DNA from: Octopus sinensis
Taxonomy: Eukaryota
Length of the DNA: 64,000 nucleotides
Assembly: GCF_006345805.1 (NCBI RefSeq)
Contig: NC_043006.1
Coordinates: 84,506,001 to 84,570,000, forward strand
Direction of reading: 5' to 3'
The notes beneath the pieces were generated by a model. It made no database searches. It was not told the origin of the DNA and saw nothing but the letters and a program-made list of their open reading frames with translations. The position numbers and the translations under genes are program-made. This document shows positions 1 through 11,958 of this stretch, piece by piece (the stretch's first letter is position 1; each line of letters opens with the position of its first letter).

Positions 1-197
1 CAGGTACAACAGAAACAGGAAGAAATAGTGAGAGAAAGTTGTGGTGAAAGAGTACAGCAGGGTTCGTCACCACCCCCTGCCGGAGCTCGTGGAGCTTTAG
101 GTGTTTTCGCTCAATAAACACCCACAACGCCCGGTCTGAGAATCGAAATCGCGATCCTATGACTGCGAGTCCGCTAACCAGTGGTCCATTGTACCTC
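1..197 (-). mobile_element. tRNA-derived SINE, family A (Arg-like head), partial
   Basis: Reverse complement of the head and body at 16834-17010 (GGCGCAATGGCCCAGTGGTTAGGGCAGCGGACTCGCGGTCG...AAAACACCTAAAGCTCCACGAG). Confidence 0.85.
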
Positions 198-224
198 CAC
201 GTTCACACATAGCATACAAAATAC

Positions 225-405
225 ATTTCTATATTTAAGAGAAGAGGAATTACGTACATTATTTACATTATTTACATTTGACGGATATTTGTCCTCATCT
301 TGCTTGTTGTTAACACATCGTTTCGGCTGATATATCCTCCAGCCTTCAACGCAGGTGTCTTGGGGGAAATTTCGATCCTGGGTTCTCATTCCTAAGGTAT
401 TTTTC
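225..405 (-). mobile_element. Interspersed repeat with a degenerate type I hammerhead ribozyme (PLE terminal-repeat-like)
   Basis: Second copy at 19505-19655. Minus strand reads GACAC-ctgcgttga-A-GGCTG-loop-CAGCC-GAAAC-GAT-GTGTT; stems I and II are intact, core and triplet are mutated. Confidence 0.7.
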
Positions 406-406
406 G

Positions 407-424
407 ATGTTGTTGTTGTTATTA

Positions 425-476
<52 letters not shown>

Positions 477-492
477 TATTATTATTATTATT
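407..492. repeat. (GTT)n(ATT)n microsatellite
   Basis: Read directly. Confidence 0.95.
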
Positions 493-566
493 CAGGTCAC
501 TGCCTGGAATCGAACTCGGAATCTTGGGGTTAGTAGCCCGCGCTCTTAACCACTACGCCATATGCC
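489..566 (-). mobile_element. Short tRNA-derived SINE head ending in TGAAT(AAT)n
   Basis: Minus strand: GGCATATGGCGTAGTGGTTAAGAGCGCGGGCTACTAACCCCAAGATTCCGAGTTCGATTCCAGGCAGTGACCTGAATAAT. Pol III A box (TGGCGTAGTGG) and B box (GAGTTCGATTC) are present; acceptor stem is not closed. Confidence 0.75.
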
Positions 567-780
567 CGAATGGTTTAACAAAATACGCATACACAATAAT
601 ACAAAACACCCATACACGATATACAAACATACACACACACACTACAAGCACATATACACAATATACAAACACAATACGCATTTACAATATACAAACACAT
701 TCTCATTATACGAACACACACGCACATACACATACACAACTCAGGTTACGTATTTGACGAGTGTTTATGTCTAAGATATA

Positions 781-840
<60 letters not shown>

Positions 841-2719
841 CTCTCGCTCTCTCTCTCCCTCACGCACAGAAACAAACAGTCACATACACACATACACATA
901 GTAACTCCGATTACGTATCTGATGAATGTATATGTGTAAGTCGCACCAACCAGTTTCCAGAACCATCGATGTAGGCTTCACTTATTACTGCGCATGAAGA
1001 ATGGAACCGCTGCTTGCTGGAAATAGGTAAAACACCCTCACATCACACCTGGATGGCAAACCAAAGAGAGAACGTCTTCTACACGATTATTTGAAATGCT
1101 AGAAATAGTAGTCAAATCTTTCCTAGTTTACATCTTACTCTATTAAAAACGGACGTGTTGGATAATATGACTAGGGGTCCTTCCACTTGCAAGTATATTA
1201 GCTTGATACTCGGTGAAAGGAGAGAGTTTAACGTTGGTAAACCTCTCAGTCTTATCATTAAAGGTGCGAAACTGAGTAATACAATCTGGTTGATAACTGA
1301 TGAAGAATTAGGGACCTTCTGTGTTAGTTTTCGGTCCGTTCGTGTACTCAATATACGTTATACGTTTTCTATTTGTCATTTGTGCATTTACAATATTTTT
1401 TTTCATTGGTTAAGAGGCACAGGAGTTCGGGTTCAGTCTTTCTTCACGGCAACTTGGACAAATGTGTTGTTTTATTATAGCCCGGGCCGACCAGCGCCTT
1501 ATGAGTGAATTTGGTGGACGAAAACTGAGGAAACCCTTCATGAGTGTGCGCGCACGTGGGTGTGTTTGTGTTTGTGTGTGTGTGTGTGCGCGCGTGCGCG
1601 CGTGGGACGCCACACTTGGTTGGCAATTATATGTTTGTTACAATTGTTATTGTTTTATTACGATGTCATATATCAACAGAAAATGGCTGGTCAGTCCATC
1701 TCATGGTCCCAGCAGACAAAATGGAAGAGGCATTGCCCCAGAGGATGGTAAGGGAGATGCGTTGGAACAGCCATTCTGATTCAGGAGGTTCGTGCTTGCC
1801 GATAGCCATCTCCGCCCCGATAGCAGTGAACTGGGATGTAGTCCAAGAGCGAAGGGTCGAGAACGCCGGTGATCTCTCTAGTGCTACAGGCTCGACCACA
1901 AACTTGTGAGTGAGCTATCGATATGAGGGTATTTTGTAATTTTTAATTAGGCAATTGTTCTTAATCTAAAGATTTTTCGCGATTCACGATTATTTTTAAC
2001 GACTCCATTCTGAGCGACGTGTGCTCTCCACCGTCACAGGGAGTACTGTCGTGCTGACTCGGCTACTCTGGCTTAAGTGTAAGCATACATACTTTTAGGC
2101 TATTTCTATAGGCAATATAACTTCAACCTAACTTAATCTTTGGTCGTGAATCTCTTTTATTAGATTTGAAAACGAATTACGAATAGATTTTATTATGATA
2201 CCGCAGAACAGAATTTATTATAAGGAAGAGTTGCCATCTTTGGTTATGTGCAGCCTTCACTTAACACATCCAATATATGCGGCTCTGATTACATATGTGT
2301 CTGTCAGTTGCGTATGGTGGTTGCTGTCACATTGTGTATGTGTTACCTGGCTTTTAGGGGGAAAAAATTCAACATAAAATCGTCGTAGCATTTCTATATA
2401 TAAACCAATTTCATCATGTCTGAATATTTATTCCAGATTGTGTATTATTAAATCCGATAACAAATTGCGAGCAAATTATCTCCAGCAAATACAGCAAATC
2501 TTACAACAAATACAGAATTATTGCACAGAAAATTTTTCGATTTTGGTCGGTGTGTGGCGCTAAACTTACACATTTATAGCGTAGATGGTAGTCACTCGTA
2601 GTCTGAGAAAAAGGGCATGTAATTTCTTGTGGAATAACCTACACAAATGATAAAATTATAGCGATCAAATGGATGCGCTGTACATTAGCTCACGCCCGCC
2701 ATCAAACCGACGTTGCCTG

Positions 2720-2878
2720 AACTGGTGCACGGTGTACTACGCGTCAGATGTAGAAGTGATCGCAAAGCAACGTGAGGTTAAGAGTTTTGTTCAAGAACAC
2801 AATGCATCACCTGGTCTAGGAATTGAAACCACGATTTCGTGATCAGGAATGCAATACTATAACCACTGGATGCACCCT
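2720..2878 (-). mobile_element. Degenerate tRNA-derived SINE 5' part
   Basis: Minus strand has CAGTGGTTATAGT...GGTTTCAATTCC and TTGTGTTCTTGAACAA-like blocks resembling 48569-48915 and 11268-11570. Confidence 0.55.
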
Positions 2879-3224
2879 CGACACACCTTAGGTATAAACC
2901 ACCGAGAACGTGACCGAGTTGGTAGTTGATTGGCCGATTCGGTAGAGCGTCTTATAAATGACTCGTGACTTTCTTTTAAGGACCATTACGTTCTCGCAGA
3001 AATCGAGAGATTGATTTTGCCTTTCGATACTTTGGAATATAATTTTTTTTAACTTGTTGAGTCTGGACGAAGGAGCATTGTCCATGATCTTTGCAGTCCG
3101 TTTTATTTGTAACCAACATCTGCAGGCCTACATCTGCAGACGTGAGCAGGGACGGGATTCTAGAAGATCGATGCCCAGAGTGGAAGGCTTGGGCATAGAT
3201 TTAGTACACGGCTGGGTGAGGGTG

Positions 3225-3455
3225 GTGGTAGTGGTGGTTGTGGATGCAACATGTGTGACGATGAGCGGACATTAACGACGACGTCGATGATGACGATGAT
3301 GATGACGATGATGACGATGGCGATGACGATGATGATGACGATGATGATGATGATGACGACGACGACGACGATGATGATGATGATGATAACGACGATGACC
3401 ACTATGATGATGATGAGGAGGAGGAGGAGGAAGACGAGGATGAGGACGATGATAA
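3225..3455. repeat. Compound (GTG)/(GAT)/(GAC)/(GAG) trinucleotide microsatellite
   Basis: Read directly; accounts for the poly-M/T and poly-I/V ORFs. Confidence 0.95.
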
Positions 3456-4767
3456 TGTATATATGTATGCTTCTATCTACCTATTTATGTATCCACATAC
3501 ACACACACGCAAACACACAAAATATTTTTATTATTGTTTAAAACTTATCTACGGGAAAAGCGCTTAGTTGGCCGTATTATTTATTTTCTTTTCAATTTAC
3601 TTCATTTACACTCAAAATCGATCACAGAAGTATAGATTTTCATGTAATGAAGACTGTTGTTTCTTACTGATGTATATTTTATTGCACATTACCCTAATTA
3701 TCTGACCTAATTAATTGTAATTATTTCCAATGAAGTAGTGCAACATTTATTTATTGTTAATGTTTAGTTTTTTATTCTCATTCTCTCTCGCTCTCTCCTT
3801 CCCTCTATTCGTCTCTGTCTCTATCTTCCTTTCTCTCTGTTTCTCTCTCCCTTCCCCCTCTGCCTCCCCCTCTCTCTTTCCCTTGTACTTTATAGTTTAT
3901 TGAGAGCCGGCAATCATATTGCATATCAGCTTAAAGTTTCATCGACCGAGATCGCCAATAATTAACTATTGAATAGTTATACGGCGAGTCGTGGTTTAAA
4001 TACCCACTCTGCTCAACTGCCATGCAGTATATCATGGTTTTATAACATTTCATAAAAATCATCTTTTGCTATAAGCCATAGGTGGCACACTACATTATTT
4101 TTTTTTCAATCAAATCACCCCAAGATCAAACACATTGCATTTTTTTGTATATTTCTTCCCTCATATTTACCGTATGTTCCGGCATACGAGTTGATGTGTA
4201 TTATAAACATTCAAACATCGTCACTATTCTTCCAAATTATGCTGCATTTCATGTGGAATTTTTTAGTCCTCCAAAGTTGCCCTGATATATAAGTCGGCCA
4301 TTTTTTTTTTTTTGCTGTAAATTTTGGTTTGCGAAAATTCGTCGTGTATACCCAAATATGGCATTTACCAGTTTCTATCAGTGAATTATACTCATGCTGG
4401 GGCAACGCTCTCAAATGACTTTACTCGTTCGTATTTTATCGAGTCCAGTAATTATTTCTCTCTTGTACATATTTTGCTTAAGTCTTATTTTAAGGTAGAT
4501 AAATAAAAGCAAGAGTAAAAACGAACGTTATTAACGCAAAAAGGGGAAAAAAAAACCCTCAAAAAGACAGAAGTGAGGATAGTTAAACTAGAAAAAAAAT
4601 TTAAGTAAATTGCAGGCTTTGATGAAGCAATAGCATGCTGCAGCGACACTCAACTCCGAGTATACTGTTCTTTACAGCCGAATCAGCCATAAGTTGATGA
4701 AAGCAATTACGTAATTCCTCTTCTATTGTCATTCATTCAGTTATTAATATCATCGTCTGTATTCTGC

Positions 4768-5020
4768 GTGGAGGCACATGGCCTATTGGTTAGAGCAGCG
4801 GGTTCGAATCTCAGACCGGGCGATGCGTGTGTTTATGAGCGAAACCCCTAAGCTCCACGCGGCTCCGGCAGTCTGCTGACTCTTTCGCCACAACTTACTC
4901 TTTCCTTCTGCATCTTGCAACTCACCTGCAATGGACCGGCGTCCCGTGCAGGTGGGGAACCTATACGCCAAGGAAACCGGCCCTTATATGAGCCAGGCAT
5001 GGTTCGAGAAGGAACAAACA
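4768..5020 (+). mobile_element. tRNA-derived SINE, family A
   Basis: Nearly collinear with 6885-7178 with small deletions; A/B boxes GGCCTATTGGTT and GGTTCGAATC. Confidence 0.85.
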
Positions 5021-5289
5021 ATTTATCTTCGGCAAGATATGAGTCCAGAGCAGGCAAAAGAGTCCTGTTCTTTTATCATTCATTTAATATTCTTACGCTC
5101 TGTACTCATTTTCTGGTTTATATAAGAGTCTAGAGCGGAGGACTACAGTGAATTCATACCAGCTCACCGACGGAAATTAGGAACACTGTACATTATAAGT
5201 ATAGTAAGCATATTGAGCACAAAAACTGGTTATTAGTGTTACTGGAGCAAAACAGAATTGTGTGTAAGTGTGTGCATGTTCGTATTTGT

Positions 5290-5291
5290 AT

Positions 5292-5345
<54 letters not shown>

Positions 5346-5359
5346 ATTATATATATATG

Positions 5360-5420
<61 letters not shown>

Positions 5421-5442
5421 GTATATATATATATATTATATA

Positions 5443-5489
<47 letters not shown>

Positions 5490-5498
5490 ATATATGTA

Positions 5499-5540
<42 letters not shown>

Positions 5541-5581
5541 ATATGTATATATATATATAGATATATATATATATATATATA
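5290..5581. repeat. Long (TA)n microsatellite
   Basis: Read directly. Confidence 0.95.
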
Positions 5582-5776
5582 CAGAAAGGGATAGACAGGA
5601 GATGAGAAGAAGTGAATTATTCTCAGTTGAATAGACTGGAGAATCTGAGAAATGATGTCCCTTGCTTAAGGGGACAACGCTCACCCGCTCCATGAAAGGA
5701 ACCCAAATATGATTTACGACAGCCCAGGCGATTAACTCCCCAACCTACAAGCTCACAAACAAACCAATGACGTTGA

Positions 5777-6200
5777 ACTGGCAGAACCGTTACTGCAGCG
5801 GGCAAAATGCTTAGCGGCACTTCGTCCGCCTTTACGTTCTGAGTTCAAACTCCGCCGAGCTAGACTCTGCCTTTCATTCTTTCGGGATCGATAAAACAAG
5901 TCCCAGTTAAGCACTGGGGTTGAAGTAATCGACTTAACACCTCCCCTGAAATTGCTGACCTTGTGCTAAAATGGGAAACCAATATTTGTTCCTAGTCCAA
6001 AGCGGTAAGCTGGCAGAATCGTTTGTGCGATGGGCAAAATGCTTAGCGGTATTTCGGCCGTCGTTACATTCTGAGTTCAAATTTCAATATTTCTTTCTAG
6101 TCTGAGCTCAGATACCACCGTTGTTAACTTCACTTTTCATATTTTCGAAATTGATAAAAAAGAGAAGTATTAAATTACTGGCGTTGATTTTATCGATTTA
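5777..6200 (+). mobile_element. Two adjacent family B SINEs (core GCCTTTCATCCTTTCGGGGTCGATAAA), the second degenerate
   Basis: Head CTGGCAGAA(C/T)CGTT...AAATGCTTAGCGG, B box GAGTTCAAA, conserved core. Confidence 0.8.
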
Positions 6201-6538
6201 TTGATTTAAACTTTCTCCTTCAAAAGTTCCGGCCTTGTTTCGAAATCAATATTTTGTTTTATATAAAATAAATTCATGTAAAATGGTTTCAGTTTTTGAT
6301 ACATAGCAAATTTTGAGTGGAAATTGTTACCTGAGTAGTTCTTTATTTTAGCGACTTCGAAAGAATGTAAGACAAAATGTGAACTCAGAACACAATAACT
6401 TAGACGAAACATCGCTAATATGTTTTTTCTTCGACAGTCTAGCAATTCTGCTAGTTCGAAATCGTAATAACATCCTTCATCTATAAAAAATTCGGCCGTT
6501 CATCTTTACCGTTCATCTTTTCGTGGTCAATAAGTACC

Positions 6539-6770
6539 TATTTCTTTACTACCCACAAGGGGCTAAACATAGAGTGGAAAAACAAGGACAGAAAAACGGA
6601 TTAAATCGATTACATCGACCCCAGTGCGTAACTGGTACTTAATTTATCGACCCCGAAAGGATGAAAGGCAATGTCGACCTCGGCGGAATTTGAACTCAGA
6701 ACGTAGCGGCAGACGAAATACCGCTACGCATTTCGCCCGGCGTGCTAACGTTTCTGCCAGCTCGCCGCCT
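6539..6770 (-). mobile_element. Full-length family B SINE with tail type 1, inserted antisense into another family B SINE
   Basis: Flanked by an 18-bp TSD TCGTG(G/A)TCAATAAG(T/A)ACC at 6521-6538 and 6771-6788; the host SINE continues to ~6855. Confidence 0.9.
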
Positions 6771-6884
6771 TCGTGATCAATAAGAACCAGTTGAACACTG
6801 GAGTCGATGTAGTCGATTTACGCTACCCCTGAAGTTGCAAGCCTTGTGTCAAAAATTTTAAATTAATGTCATCTGTAAATAAGT

Positions 6885-7178
6885 GGAATCACATGGCCTA
6901 GTGGTTAGAGCAGCGGACTCGCGGTCGAGGGATCGCGGGTTCGAATCTCTGACCGGGCGATGTGTGTGTTTATGAGCGAAACACCTAAGATCCACGCGGC
7001 TCCGGCAGAAGGTAATGGCGAACTTCTGCTGACTCTTTCGCCACAACTTTCTCTCACTATTTCCTCCTGCATATAGCAGCTCACCTGCAACGAACCGGCG
7101 TCCCGTCCAGGTGGGGAACCTATACGCCAAGGAAACCAGCCCTTATGAGCCAGACGTGGCTCGGGAAGGAACAAACAT
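6885..7178 (+). mobile_element. tRNA-derived SINE, family A, full length
   Basis: CACATGGCCTAGTGGTTAGAGCAGCGGACTCGCGGTCGAGGGATCGCGGGTTCGAATCTC head. Confidence 0.88.
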
Positions 7179-7199
7179 CTGTAAATAATTATCTGTAAA

Positions 7200-7572
7200 T
7201 AGGCGTGGGCCTGGTTTACAAGCTGATTATGCAACCATGTGGTTTTAGGTTCAGTTCTACTGTAGCCCTAGTTCGACCAATACCTTGTGAGTGAATTTGG
7301 CAGACGGAAACTGTGTGCAATCCTATCGTATACACATATGCGTGTATATGTACGTGTGTTTGTGTGTATATGTGTTTGTGTGTGTGTCCTGTCCTTATGT
7401 TTGTTCCCTATCACCGCTTGATAACCGGTGTTGGTTTGTTTACGTCCCAATAACTTAGCAGTTAAAAGTACTAAAAAAATAAGTCACGGAGTCGATTTGT
7501 TCGATTCAATTCGTAAAGGTAGTGCTCCAGCATGGCCGCATGTCAAATGGCTCAAACAAGTAAAAGATAAAA
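7200..7572 (+). mobile_element. SINE family C, degenerate
   Basis: Blocks CCAAT/AGCCTTGTGAGTGAATTTGGCAGACGGAAACTG and GTGCTCCAGCATGGCCGCA...AAACAAGTAAAAGA shared with 14745-15130. Confidence 0.8.
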
Positions 7573-7843
7573 GAAAAGATAAATAAATAAGTGGTCGCCA
7601 GAAAGCAATAAATAAATAAAATATTTTGCTATTGTCATTTCTTAGGTCAGAGTTGTTTGACTGGAGATGTCCTCAGGGAACTAAAAAAGGGATTTCTGAA
7701 ATGTCGTTGCTCCAACGATATGACTGGAAGCCAAGTTGGCATCCCGTGGGGGAAAACGAAAAATTGGTGAAACACTGACAATTGCTATCATCATCCCAAA
7801 AGGACAATGGATTTTTTTTTCGTTATATTATAATTCTAAATTT

Positions 7844-8252
7844 AAGGCGGCGAGCTGGTAGAATGGTTAGCACGCCGGGCGAAATGCGTAGCCGTATTTC
7901 GTCTGCCGCTACGTTCTGAGTTTAAATTCCGCCGTGGTCGACTTTGCCTTTCATCCTTTCGGGATCGATAATTAAGTACCAGTTACGCATTGGGGTCGAT
8001 ATAATCGACTTAATCTGTTTGTCTGTCCTTGTTTGTCTTCTCTGTGTTTAGCCCCTTGTGAGTAGTAAAGAAATAGAAATAGGTATTTCGTCTGTCTCTC
8101 CGCCCTGAGTTCAAATTTCGCCGAGGTCGACTTTGTCTTTCATCCTTTCGGGGTCGATAAATTAGGTACCAGCTGCGTACAGAGGTCGATGTGATCGAGG
8201 TACCCCCTCCCTAAAAAATTTTGGGCCTTATGTCTAGAGTAGAAAAGATTAT
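7844..8252 (+). mobile_element. Composite family B SINE: head + core + tail 1 + second core + tail 2
   Basis: Junction AAATAG|GTATTTCGTCTG at 8082/8083. The whole unit is flanked by a ~16-bp TSD TTATAAT(T/C)CTAAATTT (7828-7843, 8249-8264). Confidence 0.88.
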
Positions 8253-9204
8253 AATCCTAAATTTCCTTCCTTCATTGGTTCACTACGGCATGTGTCGCTC
8301 CACCTAGAGGAACGCTTCTCCCCCCATCTATTAGGTTTTCGCCTATGTTTCGATTATTTGCCTTATTCGTGAAGCAACGCCTGCTGGAGTTGGTGAGGTT
8401 GTTTTATTTTAGGCTCTTGTACGAGTTTCGAACTCAGAACGCAAAAAACTAAAACAAATACTGCAACGCATCTGATCTAAAAGTCTAGCAGTCCTACCAT
8501 TTCACTACCCTGGATTTGTATCGTTTTTATCGACCTTACAAAAATAAAAGGCAACGCTGACCACGCCGGAATTCGAACACGAACGCAGAAAGTTGGAACG
8601 AATACCAAGGGGTATCTGGTCAGACATTCTTACAGTACCACCAGCCAATCGCTCTGGGCTTACACTTCTTTTATCATATCGCTCTAGCAAGAATTAAAAA
8701 GCAAAGTTGATCACAGTGGAATTTGAAATCAGAACGCAGAATGTCGGGAAAAAATACCGCAAGACATCCATTCCAATGGTTGCCCAGTTACGCCAATCCA
8801 CCGCCCTGGAGTAATATATATTTATCGACCCCGAAAAGACAAAATGCAAAATAGATGGTAACAGGATTTGAACTCAAAGTGCGGTATTGGAACAAAAAAC
8901 CCCGTGGAATTTTGTCCTACGATTTAACAATACTGGTAACACGTTGCCTTTTCCGTTAAAAACATATAATATTGTTACTAAATTTCAGTATACCATTATA
9001 ACATTGTGTTGCGTTAGTATAACAGGATAATATTAGTATACCGATATCACATTGTTACTTAATATTAAAGCTTTATTGTAATGTTGTTTGGTTTTCTTTT
9101 TAATAAAAGCGGATTAACGGAAAACTTGACAATCTAATGCTATGTAATGTGTATGTGTATGTGTGTGTGTGTGCGTGTGTGTGTGTGCACGCGCGTGTTT
9201 GTAC

Positions 9205-9640
9205 TCAGACTAAACATCAATACGTTTATACACAACACTTTCAAATAAACTCCTGCATATGTTTGACTAAACGCCAACATATGTTCAAATACTACGCTTT
9301 CAGATATTCGACAAAGCTCTAATATTTTGTCAAATACCAGCGTATGTCCAAATGAAACGCCTAATTACCACCTGATGTTCAGTTAAACACCGACATATAT
9401 TTTTCTTTATTACCCACAAGGGGCTAAACACAGAGGGGACAAACAAGGACAGACATAGGTATTAAGTCGATTCCATCGACCCCAGTGCGTAACTGGTACT
9501 TAATTTATCGACCCCGAAAGGATGAAAGGCAAAGTCGACCTCGGCGGAATTTTTAAACACCGACATATGTTCAGCAAAGCACCATCAGATGTTCAGCTAA
9601 ACATTCCAACTTCAGATGTTCAAACAAAACATCAGCCGTA
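9205..9640 (+). repeat. Diverged ~22-bp minisatellite (CATATGTTCARHTAAACRCCAA-like), left array
   Basis: Units such as ACTAAACGCCAACATATGTTC and AGTTAAACACCGACATATGTTC; interrupted by a SINE. Confidence 0.75.
9399..9552 (-). mobile_element. 5'-truncated family B SINE, tail 1
   Basis: Perfect 16-bp TSD TTAAACACCGACATAT at 9383-9398 and 9553-9568. Confidence 0.9.
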
Positions 9641-10259
9641 TCAATCGTCGTCAAAGTAAGTCTCTCTGTAGTTGTTTGACTGTTGGACAGAAAAACGAGA
9701 TCTCCCTGAAATCCAAATCCTTTTCACATCATTCTAAAACAACGAACAAAACATATTGAACAATGTGAACCTAGGTCATATTATCTGAATAAATAACGAG
9801 ATGGTAACAACATGAAAAACTTTGATCATATTTATGCACACTTATGGCCGACCTAAACAACAATTTTAACATTCAAGCCGGGATCAATCTGTAATGATCC
9901 TGTACACATTTCCCACCTTGTCTGATTAACTTACTATACAAATTCTAAGCTATTCACAGAACAGAGTGTTACCCACTTAATAATAAACAAAGCTTCCATT
10001 CAGAAACAGGCTATACGAGTTTTGCCCTAGTATTGAAATGCATTGTGTGTCTAGTTTTTTTTCTTCTTGTATCTTTTATCTGTTACATAGCGAATTTCTG
10101 CTCACTTTAAATTGTTCTGCTCATATTGTTTCCAATTAAACCATCGAGATATGGTGCTTATCCTTTACCACTCGTACCTTATTTTACATTTCGAATAACA
10201 CACATTATAAGCTCTTTGCAGAAAATGTTTTAGTTCTATAGCGAAAGCTTTCATAAGTT

Positions 10260-10740
10260 TGAACACCTGGCGGTGTTGAGTCGTGTTTGAACATATGTTG
10301 ATGTTTAACTGAACATATGTTGGCGTTTAGTTTGAACATATGAAGGCGTTGTGTTTGAACTTGTGTTGGTATTTAGCTGAACACATGTTGGTATTTGTGG
10401 AGGCACAATGGTCCAGTGGTTAGGACAGTGGACTCGCGGTCGGAGGATTGCGGTTTCGATTCCTAGACCGGGTGTTGTGTGTGCTTATTGAGCGAAAACA
10501 CGTAAAAGCTCCACGAGGCTCTGGCAGGGGGTGGTGACAACCCCTGTTGTACTCTTTCGCCACAACTTTCTTTCAGTCTCTCTTCCTGTTTCTTGAGTAA
10601 CGCTGCGATGAACTGGCATCCCGTCCAGTGGGAGGGGAACACATACGTCACAGAAACCGAGAAACCGGGCCCATGAGCCTGGCTAGGCCTGAAAAGGGCG
10701 ACGTTTTTTATGTTGGTGTTTAGTCGACCATATAGCTGTA
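10260..10740 (-). repeat. Same ~22-bp minisatellite in inverted orientation, right array, interrupted by a family A SINE (10398-10705)
   Basis: GAACATATGTTGGCGTTTAGTTT is the reverse complement of the left-array unit. Confidence 0.75.
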
Positions 10741-11267
10741 TCATTCCTTGACTATGTCTTTCCTTTCAATCACTAACATACATAAAATTGGATGATAATC
10801 CCATCAAAATGAACCACTTCATCCCTACATTTTTATTTCTCAACCAACTAAGGTATAGTAAAGATATGGGCGCTTCTGTGTTTTCTTAGATAGGGATTGG
10901 AGTCACAGCACACTGTATCTTAAAGTGAACAACCTTGTGTCATTATGTTCGCTTATAAAAGTTAAAATTTGGCCCATTAGGCCGGAAATTGTCTTGAGTT
11001 CCTTTGGCGTTTATACGACTGAGAAAACATGACCACCTCCTGGTGGAGACATCAGTCACCACAGTTAGGAAGAGCAAAAGCTTTTCATTAATATTTATTG
11101 GTATATGGAGGTGAGTTATGATATTTTGCTAATATGAAAACCACGCATCTAACTGTCTTTCTGTCCAGTACTTTCTTCAATCACAAAATCTTCGTTTGTT
11201 GTTTAACCCCAGGTCAGTTTTGATCAAGTAAGCACATGCTCAAGAACATTTTAGCCATGGCAAACTC

Positions 11268-11570
11268 GGCACGTGGTTTAGCGGTTAGGACATTCGGCTC
11301 ACGATCGTAAGGCCGTGAGTTCGATTCCCGGCGGCGCGTTGTGTCCTTGAGCAACACACTTTATTTTAAGCTGCTCCAGACCATTCAGCAGGCAAAAAAT
11401 AAGTTGTACTTGTATTTCAAAGGGCCAGCCTTGTCACACTCTGTGTCACGCTGAATATCTCTGAGAACTACGTTAAGGATACGAGTGTCTGTGGAGTACT
11501 CAGCCACTTATATGATGATTTAACGAGCAGGATACTCCGTTGATTGGATCAACTGGGACTCTCGTATTCG
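11268..11570 (+). mobile_element. tRNA-derived SINE (family D) with a CORE/V-like TTGTGTCCTTGAGCAA block
   Basis: GGCACGTGGTTTAGCGGTTAGG...GTGAGTTCGATTCCCGG head. Confidence 0.75.
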
Positions 11571-11884
11571 TATCCGAAAGAGTGCCAGTTGAGAAATCTA
11601 TGACATCATTCGGCATGTCCTCTCCTAAGACGGTGGGTACGTGCGTGTGATCTGAAGGAGGTTTAGCTACTATTTCTAGCAATATCGAACGACCATGTAG
11701 AGACTGCCGCGGTGGCTCAAGGGACTTGCCACGTTGGCTCGCATTAGATGGAGAAAATGTATTTGCTGAAACCAGTCAATCTTCAATTGGATTGGCTTAA
11801 TTCTGGCTCTGTTTAACATCACTGTCGAATCAAGTAAATTTACAGTGCAGTTCATGACAAGACATCAAATGCCAAACAAAAAGA

Positions 11885-11958
<74 letters not shown>

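Noticed and set aside
489-566. tRNA gene (ACT anticodon-like loop)
   Set aside because: Acceptor and anticodon stems do not pair properly, and it runs into a microsatellite tail; this and the other tRNA-like heads are SINE parts.
2888-3200. MDNAPS motif suggesting a DDE transposase
   Set aside because: A single short motif with no supporting context or TIRs.
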